A DNA stretch of 64,000 nucleotides from Candidatus Cloacimonadales bacterium (GCA_963662275.1 OY759316.1:288001-352000); one strand, 5' to 3'; numbered from the stretch's first letter, positions 30,448 to 41,729 are shown. Notes: generated from the letters alone by a model not told the origin. Numbers and translations are program-made.

Positions 30448-32190
30448 TTAACCTTTGATATTGAAATTCTCAATGAATTCCATGAGTATTCCGCTACGAG
30501 TAGGATGACGAAGTTTACGGAGAGCCTTGTCTTCGATTTGGCGAATACGTTCACGAGTAACATTGAAAATATTTCCCACTTCTTCCAACGTTCGATGGTA
30601 ACCGTCGTCAATCCCGAAACGTAACCGTATAACGCGTTCTTCGCGAGTACTGAGCGTTTTCAGCAGTTCATCGACTTGTTTCTTCAAGAGAGTACGTTCT
30701 GCCATCCTTTCGGGGGATATGGTTGTCCTATCCTCGATGAAGTCACCGAGGATACTATCTTCACTGTCATGCCCTATCGGCTTGTCAATAGAGACGGGTT
30801 CCTTGGAGATGGACATGATGTTCTTTATCTTCTCAAGGGGCATATCCAAAGCTTCTGCAATTTCCTCTGGATAGGGCTCACGTCCAAGTTTTTGCATTAG
30901 ACGTCTGCTGGTACGATTGATCTTGTTGATTGATTCGATCATATGTACTGGTACACGGATTGTACGTGCCTGGTCAGCGATTGCTCTCGTGATTGCCTGA
31001 CGAATCCACCACGTAGCATAAGTGCTGAATTTATAGCCCTTTCGGTAGTCATATTTCTCAACAGCACGCATCAGACCGGTATTACCTTCCTGGATGAGAT
31101 CGAGGAAGTCGAGTCCGCGGTTGTTGTATCTCTTTGCAATGCTAATAACCAATCTAACATTTGCTTCTATCATTTCATTCTGGGCGCGTTCTTTCATTTT
31201 CTCACCGCGTTCAACTTCCCGAAGAAGGAAGACAAGCTCATTGGCTGTCATCTTGGTTTCGAGTTCTACACGGCGTATTTTACGCCTGGCGTTCTTGATC
31301 TTTCTCAAGGTTTCCACAAAGACAGTAGGATCAACATTAGTTTCCTGCTGTACTTCTACGAAATCTTCATCTGATTTTTTAGCACGACGACCGTAAGTAC
31401 AGATTTCATCGATAGTATATTTCTTGATACGTGTCAGATCATTGATCGTTTTCCGGCTTTCTTCAATTCTATCAACAAGGCTACGAATACGATATACCAT
31501 ACGTTTGATGAGTTTATCATTAAATCCAAGTTGATTGAAAAGGCTAACGATGTGGATACGTTTTCCGTCAATTTCTTCCTGTCTGTTAGCAGTACCAGTA
31601 TCATCAAAATCTGAATTATCGAGAATTTCACCAATCTGATCAAAAAAAACTTCAGAGTCTTTCAGGATTTCCCTGAATTTCTCCATCATTTTGGCATCTT
31701 GGCTCTTATCCATCCAGGAACCAAATTCTATTTTAAATATCTGATCAATACGTACTCTTTTTTCCTTATATCTGTGCAGAAAATTATACATTTCTCGAAG
31801 TGTGCTGCCAGATTTGAATACATTATTATTGATCATTTTCTGGTAGGTTTCAATTTTCTTGGCAATGCGGATTTCACCATCCCTGTCGAGAAGTGGAACA
31901 CGCCCCATCTCTCGCAAATACATGCGGACAGGGTCGTCATAATAACGTTTGGTTTTGAATTTCTTGGGGGCAGCTACTTTTTTGACTTGGAGAGTGCTTT
32001 TGCTGACCCTTTTTTCTGTTTCATCAATAACTTCAATTCCTTCAGAATAGATATCCGTAATAATATCGTCGATCTTATCAAGAAAGACCGGGCTGTCCGG
32101 TAGAACATCATTGATTTGCTTAAAAGTGATGTAACCCGATTCTTTACCCATAGCGACAAGTTTTTGAATATAATCGTTATAACTGAGCAT
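30448..32190 (-). CDS. rpoD: RNA polymerase primary sigma factor
   Basis: [67 protein letters not shown]. Confidence 0.98.
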   Translation of the reverse strand: MLSYNDYIQKLVAMGKESGYITFKQINDVLPDSPVFLDKIDDIITDIYSEGIEVIDETEKRVSKSTLQVKKVAAPKKFKTKRYYDDPVRMYLREMGRVPLLDRDGEIRIAKKIETYQKMINNNVFKSGSTLREMYNFLHRYKEKRVRIDQIFKIEFGSWMDKSQDAKMMEKFREILKDSEVFFDQIGEILDNSDFDDTGTANRQEEIDGKRIHIVSLFNQLGFNDKLIKRMVYRIRSLVDRIEESRKTINDLTRIKKYTIDEICTYGRRAKKSDEDFVEVQQETNVDPTVFVETLRKIKNARRKIRRVELETKMTANELVFLLREVERGEKMKERAQNEMIEANVRLVISIAKRYNNRGLDFLDLIQEGNTGLMRAVEKYDYRKGYKFSTYATWWIRQAITRAIADQARTIRVPVHMIESINKINRTSRRLMQKLGREPYPEEIAEALDMPLEKIKNIMSISKEPVSIDKPIGHDSEDSILGDFIEDRTTISPERMAERTLLKKQVDELLKTLSTREERVIRLRFGIDDGYHRTLEEVGNIFNVTRERIRQIEDKALRKLRHPTRSGILMEFIENFNIKG

Positions 32191-32199
32191 TCACACTCC

Positions 32200-33912
32200 T
32201 TACGTTAGTGTCTTGCCAACAACTTTTTTGCTCAAAAGAGAAATCTTCTTAATTAAGTCAGATTTTTCTTTAGATAATTCTCTATTGTTATGATTTTCAA
32301 TGATCATTTGGTCGATTTTCTTTAAATCCTGTTGATATTTACGTAACCTGACATCTGCTAACACATCGTTTAATTTCATGTGAGAAATCTCAGTTAACAT
32401 GAATTCGCTAATGATACTGCGCAGACGTTCATTGTCCGTTAAATCAAGGAGACCTGCAGATTGCAGCGATGAATCGACTGTCATATTTTGAATCATAAAC
32501 TCATATATTTCTTTGTAAGCTGGGTTTAGAAAATATTCGGAAGTTAGTGTCTCTGAGACATTCATGAAAGCTTCCCGATCTTGAAGAACCATACACAAAA
32601 GCATCCTCTCTTCCCAAAAATTATGCAAAAGCTGTTCCTTTTTTGGAGTAGATTTCGATGTAATCATGCTTGCAGGTCTTTTTCGAAGTGCTGAGTCAGA
32701 TATTTTAAATATTTCAGCTACTTCTTTCCAAAATAACTCGCGTGAAATATCATCTGTCATTAGTCTGCCTGTTTGAACCAACTGTTCAATTTTTTCACGC
32801 TCTGAAATTTGGATAAATTTATCCTCATACAAAAAACTAATCAACCCGTTTGCCATGTCAATTTTTTCTTGCAAGACTGCTGCACTATTCTTCAATAAAA
32901 AACTATCAGGGTCTTCATCTTCCGGAAGAATGACCATTTTAGGACTCAAACCTTTTTGCAGAAGAAGCAATCCTGCCCTAAGAGCTGCTTTTCTACCGGC
33001 AAGGTCTCCATCATACAACATATAGACGTTTTTTGTATAACGTGAGAGTAAACCAATCTGTTCATCTGTCAACGAAGTACCCAATGTGGCGACAGTATTT
33101 TGGAACCCTTCACTATATAGTCTAAGGAAATCCATATATCCTTCACAGACCAGAGCCATATCTTTCTTAGTGATCTCATATCGGGTACGATGTAAACCAT
33201 AGAGCTCTTTTCCTTTGGTGTAGATTTCTGTTGTAGGAGAATTGATATACTTTCCACCCGGCTGGTCGGCACTCATAATTCTACCGCCAAAAGCAACTAC
33301 ATCACCATTGATGGAATGGATGGGGAATATCATTCTTTCCCGGAAGAGATCAAACATTCCCTGGTTTCCTGTTCCAAATAGACCGCTATCTTCCATGATT
33401 TGTGTATTGATATTCATTTTAAGAAGATAGCTCTTCAAGCCACCGTAACTATTCAAGGCATAGCCAATTTCCAGTAGATCTATTGCCTCCTTTGTTACCA
33501 GACGCTTAATCAGATAATCCTTTGCCTCCGTATAATTTTGAAGGTTTTCTTTGTAATAATCCTTCGCTAAGTTGTAAACTGTCATTAACAGTTCTCTTTT
33601 CGTACGAGCTATCTTCGCCTGTGGCTTTTCCTCCACAGCAATTCCAACACGAATAGCTAACTTTTTAACAGCTTCCATAAACGATAATTTCTCATAATCC
33701 TGGACAAAGGTAATGACATTACCAGCTTTCCCACAGGCAAAGCATTTGAATATCTGCTTCGGTTCACTTACCATCATGGAAGGATTCGTATCATTATGAA
33801 ACGGGCATACTCCTTTGAAATTAGAACCTGAACGCTTGAGTGGAATATAGCTTCCAATCACTTCCACAATGTTATTGCTATTGCGAATCTGTTCTAAAAG
33901 AGCCTGATCCAT
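32200..33912 (-). CDS. dnaG: DNA primase
   Basis: CPFH...CFAC Zn finger, KYINSP, EGYMD, YDGD, DPD TOPRIM motifs. Confidence 0.98.
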   Translation of the reverse strand: MDQALLEQIRNSNNIVEVIGSYIPLKRSGSNFKGVCPFHNDTNPSMMVSEPKQIFKCFACGKAGNVITFVQDYEKLSFMEAVKKLAIRVGIAVEEKPQAKIARTKRELLMTVYNLAKDYYKENLQNYTEAKDYLIKRLVTKEAIDLLEIGYALNSYGGLKSYLLKMNINTQIMEDSGLFGTGNQGMFDLFRERMIFPIHSINGDVVAFGGRIMSADQPGGKYINSPTTEIYTKGKELYGLHRTRYEITKKDMALVCEGYMDFLRLYSEGFQNTVATLGTSLTDEQIGLLSRYTKNVYMLYDGDLAGRKAALRAGLLLLQKGLSPKMVILPEDEDPDSFLLKNSAAVLQEKIDMANGLISFLYEDKFIQISEREKIEQLVQTGRLMTDDISRELFWKEVAEIFKISDSALRKRPASMITSKSTPKKEQLLHNFWEERMLLCMVLQDREAFMNVSETLTSEYFLNPAYKEIYEFMIQNMTVDSSLQSAGLLDLTDNERLRSIISEFMLTEISHMKLNDVLADVRLRKYQQDLKKIDQMIIENHNNRELSKEKSDLIKKISLLSKKVVGKTLT

Positions 33913-33914
33913 AC

Positions 33915-36269
33915 TTACCCGATGGTCACCACTGTGACACCGTCTCCACCTGCTTCAGATGGGGGCGTATTGATGTCCATAACATGTTTATGCCTCTTCA
34001 GGTAGGAACGTACTTTCGTTCGTAGAGCACCCGTTCCCTTTCCATGAACGATGCGCAGTTTATGTAGCCCTGCATTAAGTGCAGAATCAATAAACTCATC
34101 TATCTTTGGCAGTGCTTCATCAAAAGTATTACCCAGTATTTTCAATTCAAATGTTGCTGATTTTGTTTCCACCCGCATTGGTTTTGAAGTCATGCGTATC
34201 AGTGTTTCAGGCTTATCCTGCTTCGTATCTGATTTATACAATCTATCCTTTTTAGTTTTGAAGCGGATACCATTCATGTCAACGATGACATCATCCTTGT
34301 CGATTTTAATGACGGTTACGATCGCATCGAAATCTTCCAGTAAAACTCTCTGCCCTTCAATAAGTTGCTTTATCTTTACTTTTCGGTCAGGGGTCAGTTC
34401 ATTCTGTTCTTTGGTGATTTCTTTCATAGAATCCAAGTTCCTGTGAATGAGTTCATCTGTCTTTTGTTTACGTTCATCTTTTTCCAGGCTGCGCATTTCA
34501 TCCATCTCACGGTTTAAATCTCTTTGAAGAGATAGAATGTAATCCTTGGCTTCTGAAAGGGAACGTTTCCGTATTTCTTTCTGTTCCTGGTCGATACCTG
34601 ACAGTTTTTTCTCATATTCAGAGACTTTTCCCTCTAAAAGCTTCATCTGCAGTTGATGTTTATATTCAATTCGGGATAATTCCTTTTTCTGCTCCACCAT
34701 TTTCTTTAGTAATTCTGTAAATTCCACATTCTGAGAACCCGCAAGATGTTTGGCTCTTTCTATCAACTTCTCATCAAGTCCTAATGAAGATGCAACCTCA
34801 ATGGCAAAGCTGTCTCCCGGCAGACCAAGTTGGAAATGATAGGTCGGCACATGACGGTTCGGATCAAACTGCATGGCAGCATTCGTACAATCTGTATGCT
34901 GCTCAGCAAAGACCTTGAGTGCTGTATAATGGGTGGTAATGACGCCAATGATCTTCCGATCCAGTAAATTCTCCAAAATTGCCTGACCTAAAGCAGAACC
35001 CTGTTCAGGATCAGTTGCAGCACCTATTTCATCTATCAGAACCAATGACTGTGCATCTGCATTTTCTAGCATATCCTTAATTTTCATGACATGTGAAGAA
35101 AAAGTGGAAAGAGCATTTTCCAATGACTGATCATCTCCAATATCTGCAAAGATATGGTGAAAAATACCAATTTCAGAATCTTCCTGGGCAGGGATAGGTA
35201 AGCCTGCTAAAGCCATCATTGTCAGCAAACCAACACTTTTCAGAGTAACTGTTTTACCGCCGGTGTTTGGTCCAGAAAGAACAAGTACTTTGAAATCCTT
35301 TCCGAGTTCCATTTCAAAGGGAATTACGGCATTCATATTCTTCAGTCTGGCAATCAGCAAGGGGTGCCTTGCTTCACGTAGATGGATTCGAGGTTCATTA
35401 ATAATATGTGGTTGCCTGGCTTTCATTTGGTTGGAAAATCGACCACAGGCAAAGTAAAAATCCACTTTTTGCAAGACTTGAGTGTTTTGGATAAGATCAC
35501 TTTGGAAAGGTAAAATATCTGCTGTGAATTCCTTCATAATGCGGAATATTTCACGCTTTTCTTCATCCTGCAGCAGGTTGAGCTGGTTATTCATACCCAC
35601 TACTTCCTGGGGTTCCATATAGACGGAGGAACGGCTGGATGAACGCCCTTGCACAACACCAGGAATAAAAGCGACATTACTTTCCTTCACGGGAATGACG
35701 TATCTGTTATCTCGCTGGGTGATAATCTTTTCTTGGATGAATTTCTCGAAGGAACTATCTTGGATCTTACGATTTAGAGTCTTGATGATATCCTCACGCA
35801 TCGAACGCTGCTGTTTCCTGATTTGTTTTAAAGCCGGTGATGCGGAGTCGAGGACTTCACCTTCTGAATCGAATATTTGTACAAATTTAGTAAGGATAAA
35901 AGGAAAAGATCTTAATTTACAAACCAATTCATAGAACTTCTTTCGTGAGGAGAATTCTTCCTTTCTTTCAAAAAGTCCATTTGCAATAATCGTTGTTTCA
36001 TAGATCATCCTGAATTCTTCGAAATCAAAGGTTTGTCCTCTAAATTCTGCGAATAGTTCCTGTAAAGGCTGTAAGTCATTTAAAGAAGGATTAATACCCT
36101 CTAACAGCAATTCCTGAAGCTCAGAAATGATCCCTTGCTTATAGAGAATATCCTTTATTTCTGTCATAGGCTGAAGTTCCAGAACCAATAACTTTCCTAG
36201 ATCAGAATGGCACTCTCCTGAAATCAAATCACATATTTTGGTGAACTCTAGTGCTTGAAATGAATACAT
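33915..36269 (-). CDS. mutS2: MutS2 with C-terminal Smr domain
   Basis: GPNTGGKT, DIGDDQS, STFSSH, DEIGAATDP, IVHGKGTG, GGDGVT. Confidence 0.95.
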   Translation of the reverse strand: MYSFQALEFTKICDLISGECHSDLGKLLVLELQPMTEIKDILYKQGIISELQELLLEGINPSLNDLQPLQELFAEFRGQTFDFEEFRMIYETTIIANGLFERKEEFSSRKKFYELVCKLRSFPFILTKFVQIFDSEGEVLDSASPALKQIRKQQRSMREDIIKTLNRKIQDSSFEKFIQEKIITQRDNRYVIPVKESNVAFIPGVVQGRSSSRSSVYMEPQEVVGMNNQLNLLQDEEKREIFRIMKEFTADILPFQSDLIQNTQVLQKVDFYFACGRFSNQMKARQPHIINEPRIHLREARHPLLIARLKNMNAVIPFEMELGKDFKVLVLSGPNTGGKTVTLKSVGLLTMMALAGLPIPAQEDSEIGIFHHIFADIGDDQSLENALSTFSSHVMKIKDMLENADAQSLVLIDEIGAATDPEQGSALGQAILENLLDRKIIGVITTHYTALKVFAEQHTDCTNAAMQFDPNRHVPTYHFQLGLPGDSFAIEVASSLGLDEKLIERAKHLAGSQNVEFTELLKKMVEQKKELSRIEYKHQLQMKLLEGKVSEYEKKLSGIDQEQKEIRKRSLSEAKDYILSLQRDLNREMDEMRSLEKDERKQKTDELIHRNLDSMKEITKEQNELTPDRKVKIKQLIEGQRVLLEDFDAIVTVIKIDKDDVIVDMNGIRFKTKKDRLYKSDTKQDKPETLIRMTSKPMRVETKSATFELKILGNTFDEALPKIDEFIDSALNAGLHKLRIVHGKGTGALRTKVRSYLKRHKHVMDINTPPSEAGGDGVTVVTIG

Positions 36270-36278
36270 CGAATTTCT

Positions 36279-36791
36279 TTATTTATGGTTTGGGGCTGTG
36301 TTTTGTGGTATCATTTTCTGATGCTTCATCGCTCCCAGCAGTTCGCCTTTCATGATCCTGGATGTTTTTACCACTTTTGAATCTATGGTAGCATGATCGA
36401 ATTGTCGAGCTATAGGTAGTAGGTCGATCAGGATCAAGATGAGGGCAAAAAAGAAAAGACCGCTGAGAAGTCCGAAAACTGCACCGAGAGTACGATTCAG
36501 GAAAGTCATGCTTAGCGCTTTCACGAAATACTCCATTGCCATTCGAACAAGTTGAATTATAATGGCAATAAGGATGAAGATTAACAAATAGGAACAAAGA
36601 GTGGCTAAGAAAGGTCCCAACTGCCATTTCATAATCAGTCCTTCTTTCACTAAAGGGGCATATTTCCCAATTAGAAGAAAGGAGACGATGAGACCGGCAA
36701 GTTGCAGCAATTCTGCAATCAATCCCTTTCGGTAACCAAAGATGATGAAAACGATGAGGATTAAGATTAAGATCAGATCAAGTATTTGCAT
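36279..36791 (-). CDS. cvpA: CvpA (colicin V production) family membrane protein
   Basis: LDLI...GYRKGLI.E and NRTLGAVFG motifs; 4 TM. Confidence 0.85.
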   Translation of the reverse strand: MQILDLILILILIVFIIFGYRKGLIAELLQLAGLIVSFLLIGKYAPLVKEGLIMKWQLGPFLATLCSYLLIFILIAIIIQLVRMAMEYFVKALSMTFLNRTLGAVFGLLSGLFFFALILILIDLLPIARQFDHATIDSKVVKTSRIMKGELLGAMKHQKMIPQNTAPNHK

Positions 36792-36822
36792 TCCATAACC
36801 TCCATGATTGCTAGAGGAATAG

Positions 36823-36850
36823 AAAAAAGGGGAGATGTTTCACTCCCCTT
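36823..36850 (-). terminator. Intrinsic terminator between rpsU and cvpA
   Basis: Minus strand AAGGGGAG...CTCCCCTTTTTT. Confidence 0.75.
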
Positions 36851-36955
36851 CATGTCTAATAACAGCTTAGTTTTGAAATTTTATAACTAGCCAAGACTGT
36901 CGTGAAAAACCGGGATATCCAATATTGGAAAAGGAAACCAAAACCATGGTTCTGA

Positions 36956-37162
36956 TTATTTCAAAAACCTTTCCATCTTGCGTTGAGCCTTCAACATCTT
37001 TCTTCGGGCTGCATTTTCTTCACGTTTACGTTGCTCACTTGGTTTTTCGTAAGCTTGGTGCTTTTTGATTTCTGATAAAATAGCAGCTTTCTCACATTTC
37101 TTTTTGAAACGTTTTAGGAGAATATCAAAGGGTTCGTTTTCTTTCGATGTAACTGACGGCAA
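36956..37162 (-). CDS. rpsU: 30S ribosomal protein S21
   Basis: LKRFKKKCEK..IL.E.KK..AYEKPS; likely TTG start at 37162. Confidence 0.95.
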   Translation of the reverse strand: MPSVTSKENEPFDILLKRFKKKCEKAAILSEIKKHQAYEKPSEQRKREENAARRKMLKAQRKMERFLK

Positions 37163-37240
37163 ATTACTCACCCCCTTTTTTTATAAATTTAATGTAGAAT
37201 TTAAAAGATGGGATTTTGCGTCAAGGAAAACTTTACATGC

Positions 37241-38287
37241 TCAAGAAGTTAAGAATGATATTAATGGTAGTGATTCTGCTTCAGGAATAAACTCTATTTC
37301 CACTATCAGTATCGGTAATCGAAGGTGTATCTGCCTTAATTTAATAAAATCTTTTTCTGTAGTGATTAGATAGTCATACTTTTGGATTTGGAATCCTCTC
37401 TTCAGGTGTCTGCGAAATAGCTTGCTTGTGTAATCATAATGATCTGGAACGCGATAATGATGTAAGAAACTTAGCCCCATCTTATGAACTGTATCCTCAA
37501 ATCCTTGAGGGTAACCGATACCTGAAAGAAGAGCTAATTTTTTATCTTTGAGTTTTTCCAGGGGGATGATATTCTGATGAATATCTTTGATTTCCCGGCT
37601 TTCTGTGCTTCCTTTCAGAATTGGTAGAGGGTAGGTTAGAAGTTGATTTACAATTGGTTGTGTTCCATTCCAAACAATAAAATCAGCATCTTTCAGAGCA
37701 CTCAAAGGTTCTCGTAAAATACCTGCTGGGAGCACAAACCCGTTACCAATACCTGCTCTTGCCTTGAATAAGATAAAATCATAGTCATGATGTACTTTTA
37801 GATGCTGGAATGAATCGTCTAGTATGATATAATCCAAATCCGGATAGGTCTCAGCTAATAAAATAAGTGATCTTTTTCGGGACTTTCCAGCTATCACAGG
37901 TATTCCTAACAGTTTCTCTGCTAAGAGAGCTGCTTCATCACCCGCTTCCATTACTTGGGGTAGGAGTCCTTCACGATTTGAAAGAAATTCATTATCGTTT
38001 TCATAATTTCCTTTATAATCCCGATGGGAAACAGCAACTCGTTTACCGGCGTTTGTTAGATATTTTACCAGGAATACGGTAAATGGCGTTTTCCCACTTC
38101 CTCCACTCACAATATTACCAATACTGATCACGGGTATAGGGCTATGATAGATAGATTTTGGGAAAATCCTGTAATAGAAGCGATGTATGATTTGAAGTAA
38201 GGAATATACGCAAGATAAGGGATATAGAAGATAGGATAAAATTGTGCGTTTTAGGAGATTGGATTGAATGAAATTCTGTGTATCCAT
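37241..38287 (-). CDS. lpxK: Tetraacyldisaccharide 4'-kinase
   Basis: VISIGNIVSGGSGKTP, GDEA, LDDSFQH, LPAGILRE, TTEKD. Confidence 0.95.
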   Translation of the reverse strand: MDTQNFIQSNLLKRTILSYLLYPLSCVYSLLQIIHRFYYRIFPKSIYHSPIPVISIGNIVSGGSGKTPFTVFLVKYLTNAGKRVAVSHRDYKGNYENDNEFLSNREGLLPQVMEAGDEAALLAEKLLGIPVIAGKSRKRSLILLAETYPDLDYIILDDSFQHLKVHHDYDFILFKARAGIGNGFVLPAGILREPLSALKDADFIVWNGTQPIVNQLLTYPLPILKGSTESREIKDIHQNIIPLEKLKDKKLALLSGIGYPQGFEDTVHKMGLSFLHHYRVPDHYDYTSKLFRRHLKRGFQIQKYDYLITTEKDFIKLRQIHLRLPILIVEIEFIPEAESLPLISFLTS

Positions 38288-38291
38288 AAAT

Positions 38292-38320
38292 AAAATGGGG
38301 GTATTTCAACCCCCATAAAA
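38292..38320 (-). terminator. Hairpin/terminator after lemA
   Basis: ATGGGGGT/ACCCCCAT stem, T-run on the minus strand. Confidence 0.6.
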
Positions 38321-38326
38321 AATAGA

Positions 38327-38929
38327 TTACTTACCGAAATTCACTTTCGGAGCTGTATCAGCACCGGCAGTAGCCTGAAAGAATTGGACTTCTTTCAGAT
38401 TGAACATACCTGCTAAAATATTGTTGGGGAAAGTGACGATCATCTGGTTGAAAAGCTTAGCTGACTCATTGTAATCCATACGGGCAACTGCAATCCGGTT
38501 TTCAGTTCCTTCAAGCTGACTTTGCAGAGCCAGGAAGTTCTGATTTGCTTTCAAATCAGGATACTTTTCTACAACAACCATTAAACGCTGCAAGGCACCT
38601 TGTAAACCTGCCTGTGCCTGTTGGAATTTCGCAAATGCCTGGGGATCATTGATCATATCCTTAGAAATCTGGGTGACTCCACCCACTTTAGCACGAGCTT
38701 CTGTTACTGCGATCAGCGTTGCACTTTCATGAGAGGCATAGCCTTTTACTGTTTCGACCAAGTTGGGTATCAAGTCAAACCGACGTTGATACTGGTTATC
38801 AACATCAGCCCATTTGTTCTTTACTTCCTGCTTCATTTTAACCATTGTATTATAACGTCCGATGATACCACCGATAAGGATGATTATCACCAATAGAATA
38901 ATGAGCAGAACCATAGTTCCTTTTTTCAT
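38327..38929 (-). CDS. lemA: LemA family protein
   Basis: QRRFDLIPNLVETVKGYA.HE, YPDLKAN.NF, TENRI, FPNN. Confidence 0.95.
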   Translation of the reverse strand: MKKGTMVLLIILLVIIILIGGIIGRYNTMVKMKQEVKNKWADVDNQYQRRFDLIPNLVETVKGYASHESATLIAVTEARAKVGGVTQISKDMINDPQAFAKFQQAQAGLQGALQRLMVVVEKYPDLKANQNFLALQSQLEGTENRIAVARMDYNESAKLFNQMIVTFPNNILAGMFNLKEVQFFQATAGADTAPKVNFGK

Positions 38930-39157
38930 GCTGTTCCTCCATTAGGATTCAAACAAAATTTAATAAAATACAAGACAAAAGAGTCGATAGGTTTTGTAAA
39001 TATTTATTTTTTGAAGAAGGTTACATCTGATAGCTTAGAGAATCCAGTTCTCTATTTTAAAGATTAAGTTTCTGCGGTTAATAATCTAAAAATTTAATAG
39101 ACACAACTTTATTGGTATTATAAATAGACGATATACTTTCTACCTAAGGAGTGCCTT

Positions 39158-39991
39158 ATGCCAAACATCATCGTAAACGAAACATTATGTACGAAATGCA
39201 ATACCTGCTGCACTGTCTGCATCATGCACATTATCGATCAGGCAGACAAAGACAATTACCCGAAAATGCAGAGAGCCAAAGAGCCCTATTGTATGAATTG
39301 CGGACACTGTGAAGCATTCTGTCCAACACAAGCACTTGTCCTGGATTTTCACAAAACGCAAAAGATAGAATGCACACCTGATGAAAGCAATATCGAACCG
39401 CAACGTCTTGCCCTGTATCTGAAGAAACGACGCTCCATACGACACTTCAAGAAAGAGTCAGTAAACCGTGAGCTACTATTAGAAGTGCTGGATGTAGCCC
39501 ATTATGCTCCCACTGGTGGAAATTCACAGACCGTAGGCTGGCTGGTAATCGAAGACCCTTCTGAAGTGAAGAATATTGCCAGGTTGACCATTGACTATAT
39601 GCGTACGATCGTCAATACTGACCATCCCTTTGGTGCGTATGTGGCACCTATTATTAAAATGTGGGATAGTGGCATAGACTTCATCTGTCACAATGCACCC
39701 CATCTGCTGTTTGTTCACATTCCTGATGATGAAAGGATCAAAGACCCTATCGATGCCATCATTGCCATGTCCTACTTTGATGTGGCAGCCCCGGCATTCG
39801 GTATCGGTACTTGCTGGACAGGCTTTGTCTCTATGGCAATGAATGTTTACAAACCTTTGACGGATGCCATCGGACTCCCTGAAGGACGTAGAGCTGCTTA
39901 CGCCATGCTAATCGGTTATCCAGTCTATCAGCCAATCAATATTCCGAGAAGAAATTTGATAGATGTCACTTGGAAGGAAAAGGGAAATTGA
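39158..39991 (+). CDS. Nitroreductase fused to an N-terminal 2x[4Fe-4S] ferredoxin
   Basis: CTKCNTCCTVC, CMNCGHCEAFCP, RRSIRHF, APTGGN.Q, GIGTCW.G. Confidence 0.9.
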   Translation: MPNIIVNETLCTKCNTCCTVCIMHIIDQADKDNYPKMQRAKEPYCMNCGHCEAFCPTQALVLDFHKTQKIECTPDESNIEPQRLALYLKKRRSIRHFKKESVNRELLLEVLDVAHYAPTGGNSQTVGWLVIEDPSEVKNIARLTIDYMRTIVNTDHPFGAYVAPIIKMWDSGIDFICHNAPHLLFVHIPDDERIKDPIDAIIAMSYFDVAAPAFGIGTCWTGFVSMAMNVYKPLTDAIGLPEGRRAAYAMLIGYPVYQPINIPRRNLIDVTWKEKGN

Positions 39992-40190
39992 AGATTGGCA
40001 GAGTAGCTCCGGGTTCAACCGGTTGCTGTAGCTTCGACTTTAGGTGGTATTGTAAATGTACCTGTAGAAATGGAAGATGAAAAATGGACAAAAAGACGGT
40101 TCATTGAGTGATTTCGACGAAGGAGAAATTATATCGAAATGTACCGAAGTGAAGAGTAGGGATTTACGGAAGGAAATCCTTCTGCTCTGC

Positions 40191-40267
40191 AACATCGAAG
40201 ATGTGAAATATCATAGCCTGTGGTGGAGCGTAGCGGAACCACAGGAAAGAATACAACGTAACACCTC
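40191..40267. repeat. 77-bp repeat module with hairpin CCTGTGGT...ACCACAGG
   Basis: Second copy at 41538-41614 with one mismatch. Confidence 0.9.
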
Positions 40268-40295
40268 TCAGAATCTCGGAGAGATGGCACATGAT

Positions 40296-40382
40296 CGTAG
40301 TACGGACAGTCTTGTCCGTTTCGTGAGAGTGTCGTCTCGACCTCGATCTGCATAAGGTGCTATGGGTTAGGAACTAGGTGCT
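40296..40382. repeat. 87-bp repeat module: GTAG-type REP-like hairpin, second hairpin and heptamer tract
   Basis: Diverged gap-free second copy at 42470-42556. Confidence 0.85.
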
Positions 40383-40432
40383 AGTAGAGCAGAACCTCCT
40401 GAAGTCTGCGGTACAGAATAAAAGGTGAATAT

Positions 40433-41395
40433 ATGAAAATAAAAACAGACCATCGCATTGAACTCATGTCTGTTGTAGCTTATCTATCCGATATTGAGGT
40501 AGACCGCTTTCTTGATAAAAGCAAGAATCTCTATTCAGAAGCAATTGATACTTATTTCCAGGATTTCAGGACTCATCCGGTTATCCGGCGATACGCAATC
40601 ATGTGGGAAAAGGATTTATGCTGGCAATCCGTGGTGACTTTATCATTATATCTCAACGATGATATCACATTACCAGGGTATATGACAATAGGCTTCCATG
40701 AAGAGTTCGATTATCTCATTGGAGATGATAGCAGTCCATTTCAAGAGTTGATTACGTACGTTGAGCTTCTGCATGACTTCTTCATACAAACTAACTTCAT
40801 GAATTTCTACCAGGAAGAAGTCATCAAAAATGATAGCTACATTTCATACTTGGATAAGAAATTAACCAATTATGAAGTAGTTCCCATCTTAGAAAAATAC
40901 ATCGGTGCTACACTCCTGGAAGGTCATGTATTTCTTTCGCAGTTGTTGAAATCCGCTTATGGATTAGAGATTGAAACCCCTCATGGCAAAGTGGTTTATT
41001 GTGTTTTGAGCAGTTTCCGTTTGAAAGAAGCAGAAACACGGAAAGATGTAGATGAGGTCTTGGTATCCACGGTATGGCATGAATTCCTGCATCCTGTGAT
41101 CAATCCTCTGTCAGAAAAGCACTTCCCAAAAGAAATGACGGATGAGCAATGTGAATCCTTCTGCCAGCTGAATGAGAGTATTTTATTGGCTGTCACCTTT
41201 CGTTTATGCCTCCAGGAGGAAATAGCGGGAACACCAAGCTACGATTGGTATTTTGCTATGGCAAAACGCAACCGAGCTCCGATGGCGGAAGAGATGTACC
41301 TTTTGCTGCCTGACTATGAAACGGGCGACTACAAGAGCATCGTGGAATTCCATCCGGCATTTGCAGAAGCATATAGCAAAGAAACTAAAAACTAA
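40433..41395 (+). CDS. DUF4932-like protein, possible zincin metallopeptidase fold
   Basis: N-terminal D.RIELMS.V..L; WHEFLH (HExxH) and downstream LNES. Confidence 0.65.
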   Translation: MKIKTDHRIELMSVVAYLSDIEVDRFLDKSKNLYSEAIDTYFQDFRTHPVIRRYAIMWEKDLCWQSVVTLSLYLNDDITLPGYMTIGFHEEFDYLIGDDSSPFQELITYVELLHDFFIQTNFMNFYQEEVIKNDSYISYLDKKLTNYEVVPILEKYIGATLLEGHVFLSQLLKSAYGLEIETPHGKVVYCVLSSFRLKEAETRKDVDEVLVSTVWHEFLHPVINPLSEKHFPKEMTDEQCESFCQLNESILLAVTFRLCLQEEIAGTPSYDWYFAMAKRNRAPMAEEMYLLLPDYETGDYKSIVEFHPAFAEAYSKETKN

Positions 41396-41427
41396 TAACT
41401 AAAAACTAAAAGTTGCAGAGAAGACTA

Positions 41428-41465
41428 TTCCCCTCCCATTTGTAAAGGGAGGGGTTAGGGGAGAG
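41428..41465. repeat. Hairpin repeat CCCCTCCC...GGGAGGGG-TTAGGGG
   Basis: TTCCCCTCCCATTTGTAAAGGGAGGGGTTAGGGGAGAG; resembles the reverse complement of the G/C-run family. Confidence 0.6.
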
Positions 41466-41537
41466 CTAGTTCTGTTCTGCATTGGTACTTATCACAGGTT
41501 GTTAACCCTGGATTGTTTGCAGAATGGAAGAAAGTGA

Positions 41538-41614
41538 AACATCGAAGATGTGAAATATCATAGCCTGTGGTGGAGCGTAGCGGAACCACAGGAAAGAATA
41601 CGACGTAACACCTC
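41538..41614. repeat. 77-bp repeat module, copy 2
   Basis: Matches 40191-40267. Confidence 0.9.
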
Positions 41615-41664
41615 GCAGAAGGGAATAGCAAATAGGGAGTAGGGAATAGTAGCAGATCAGATTT

Positions 41665-41694
41665 GACCCCCCTACCCCCCTTGTCAAGGGGGGA
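41665..41694. repeat. G/C-run hairpin repeat
   Basis: GACCCCCCTACCCCCCTTGTCAAGGGGGGA; another copy at 42372-42401 shares the AGATTT left flank. Confidence 0.9.
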
Positions 41695-41729
41695 TTTGTA
41701 ATTGTTAATCAGTTAATTAGGAGTTTTTT

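Noticed and set aside
40077..40355. 92-aa ORF and the antisense 40129..40353 ORF
   Set aside because: Composed mainly of repeat modules duplicated elsewhere; no recognisable protein features.
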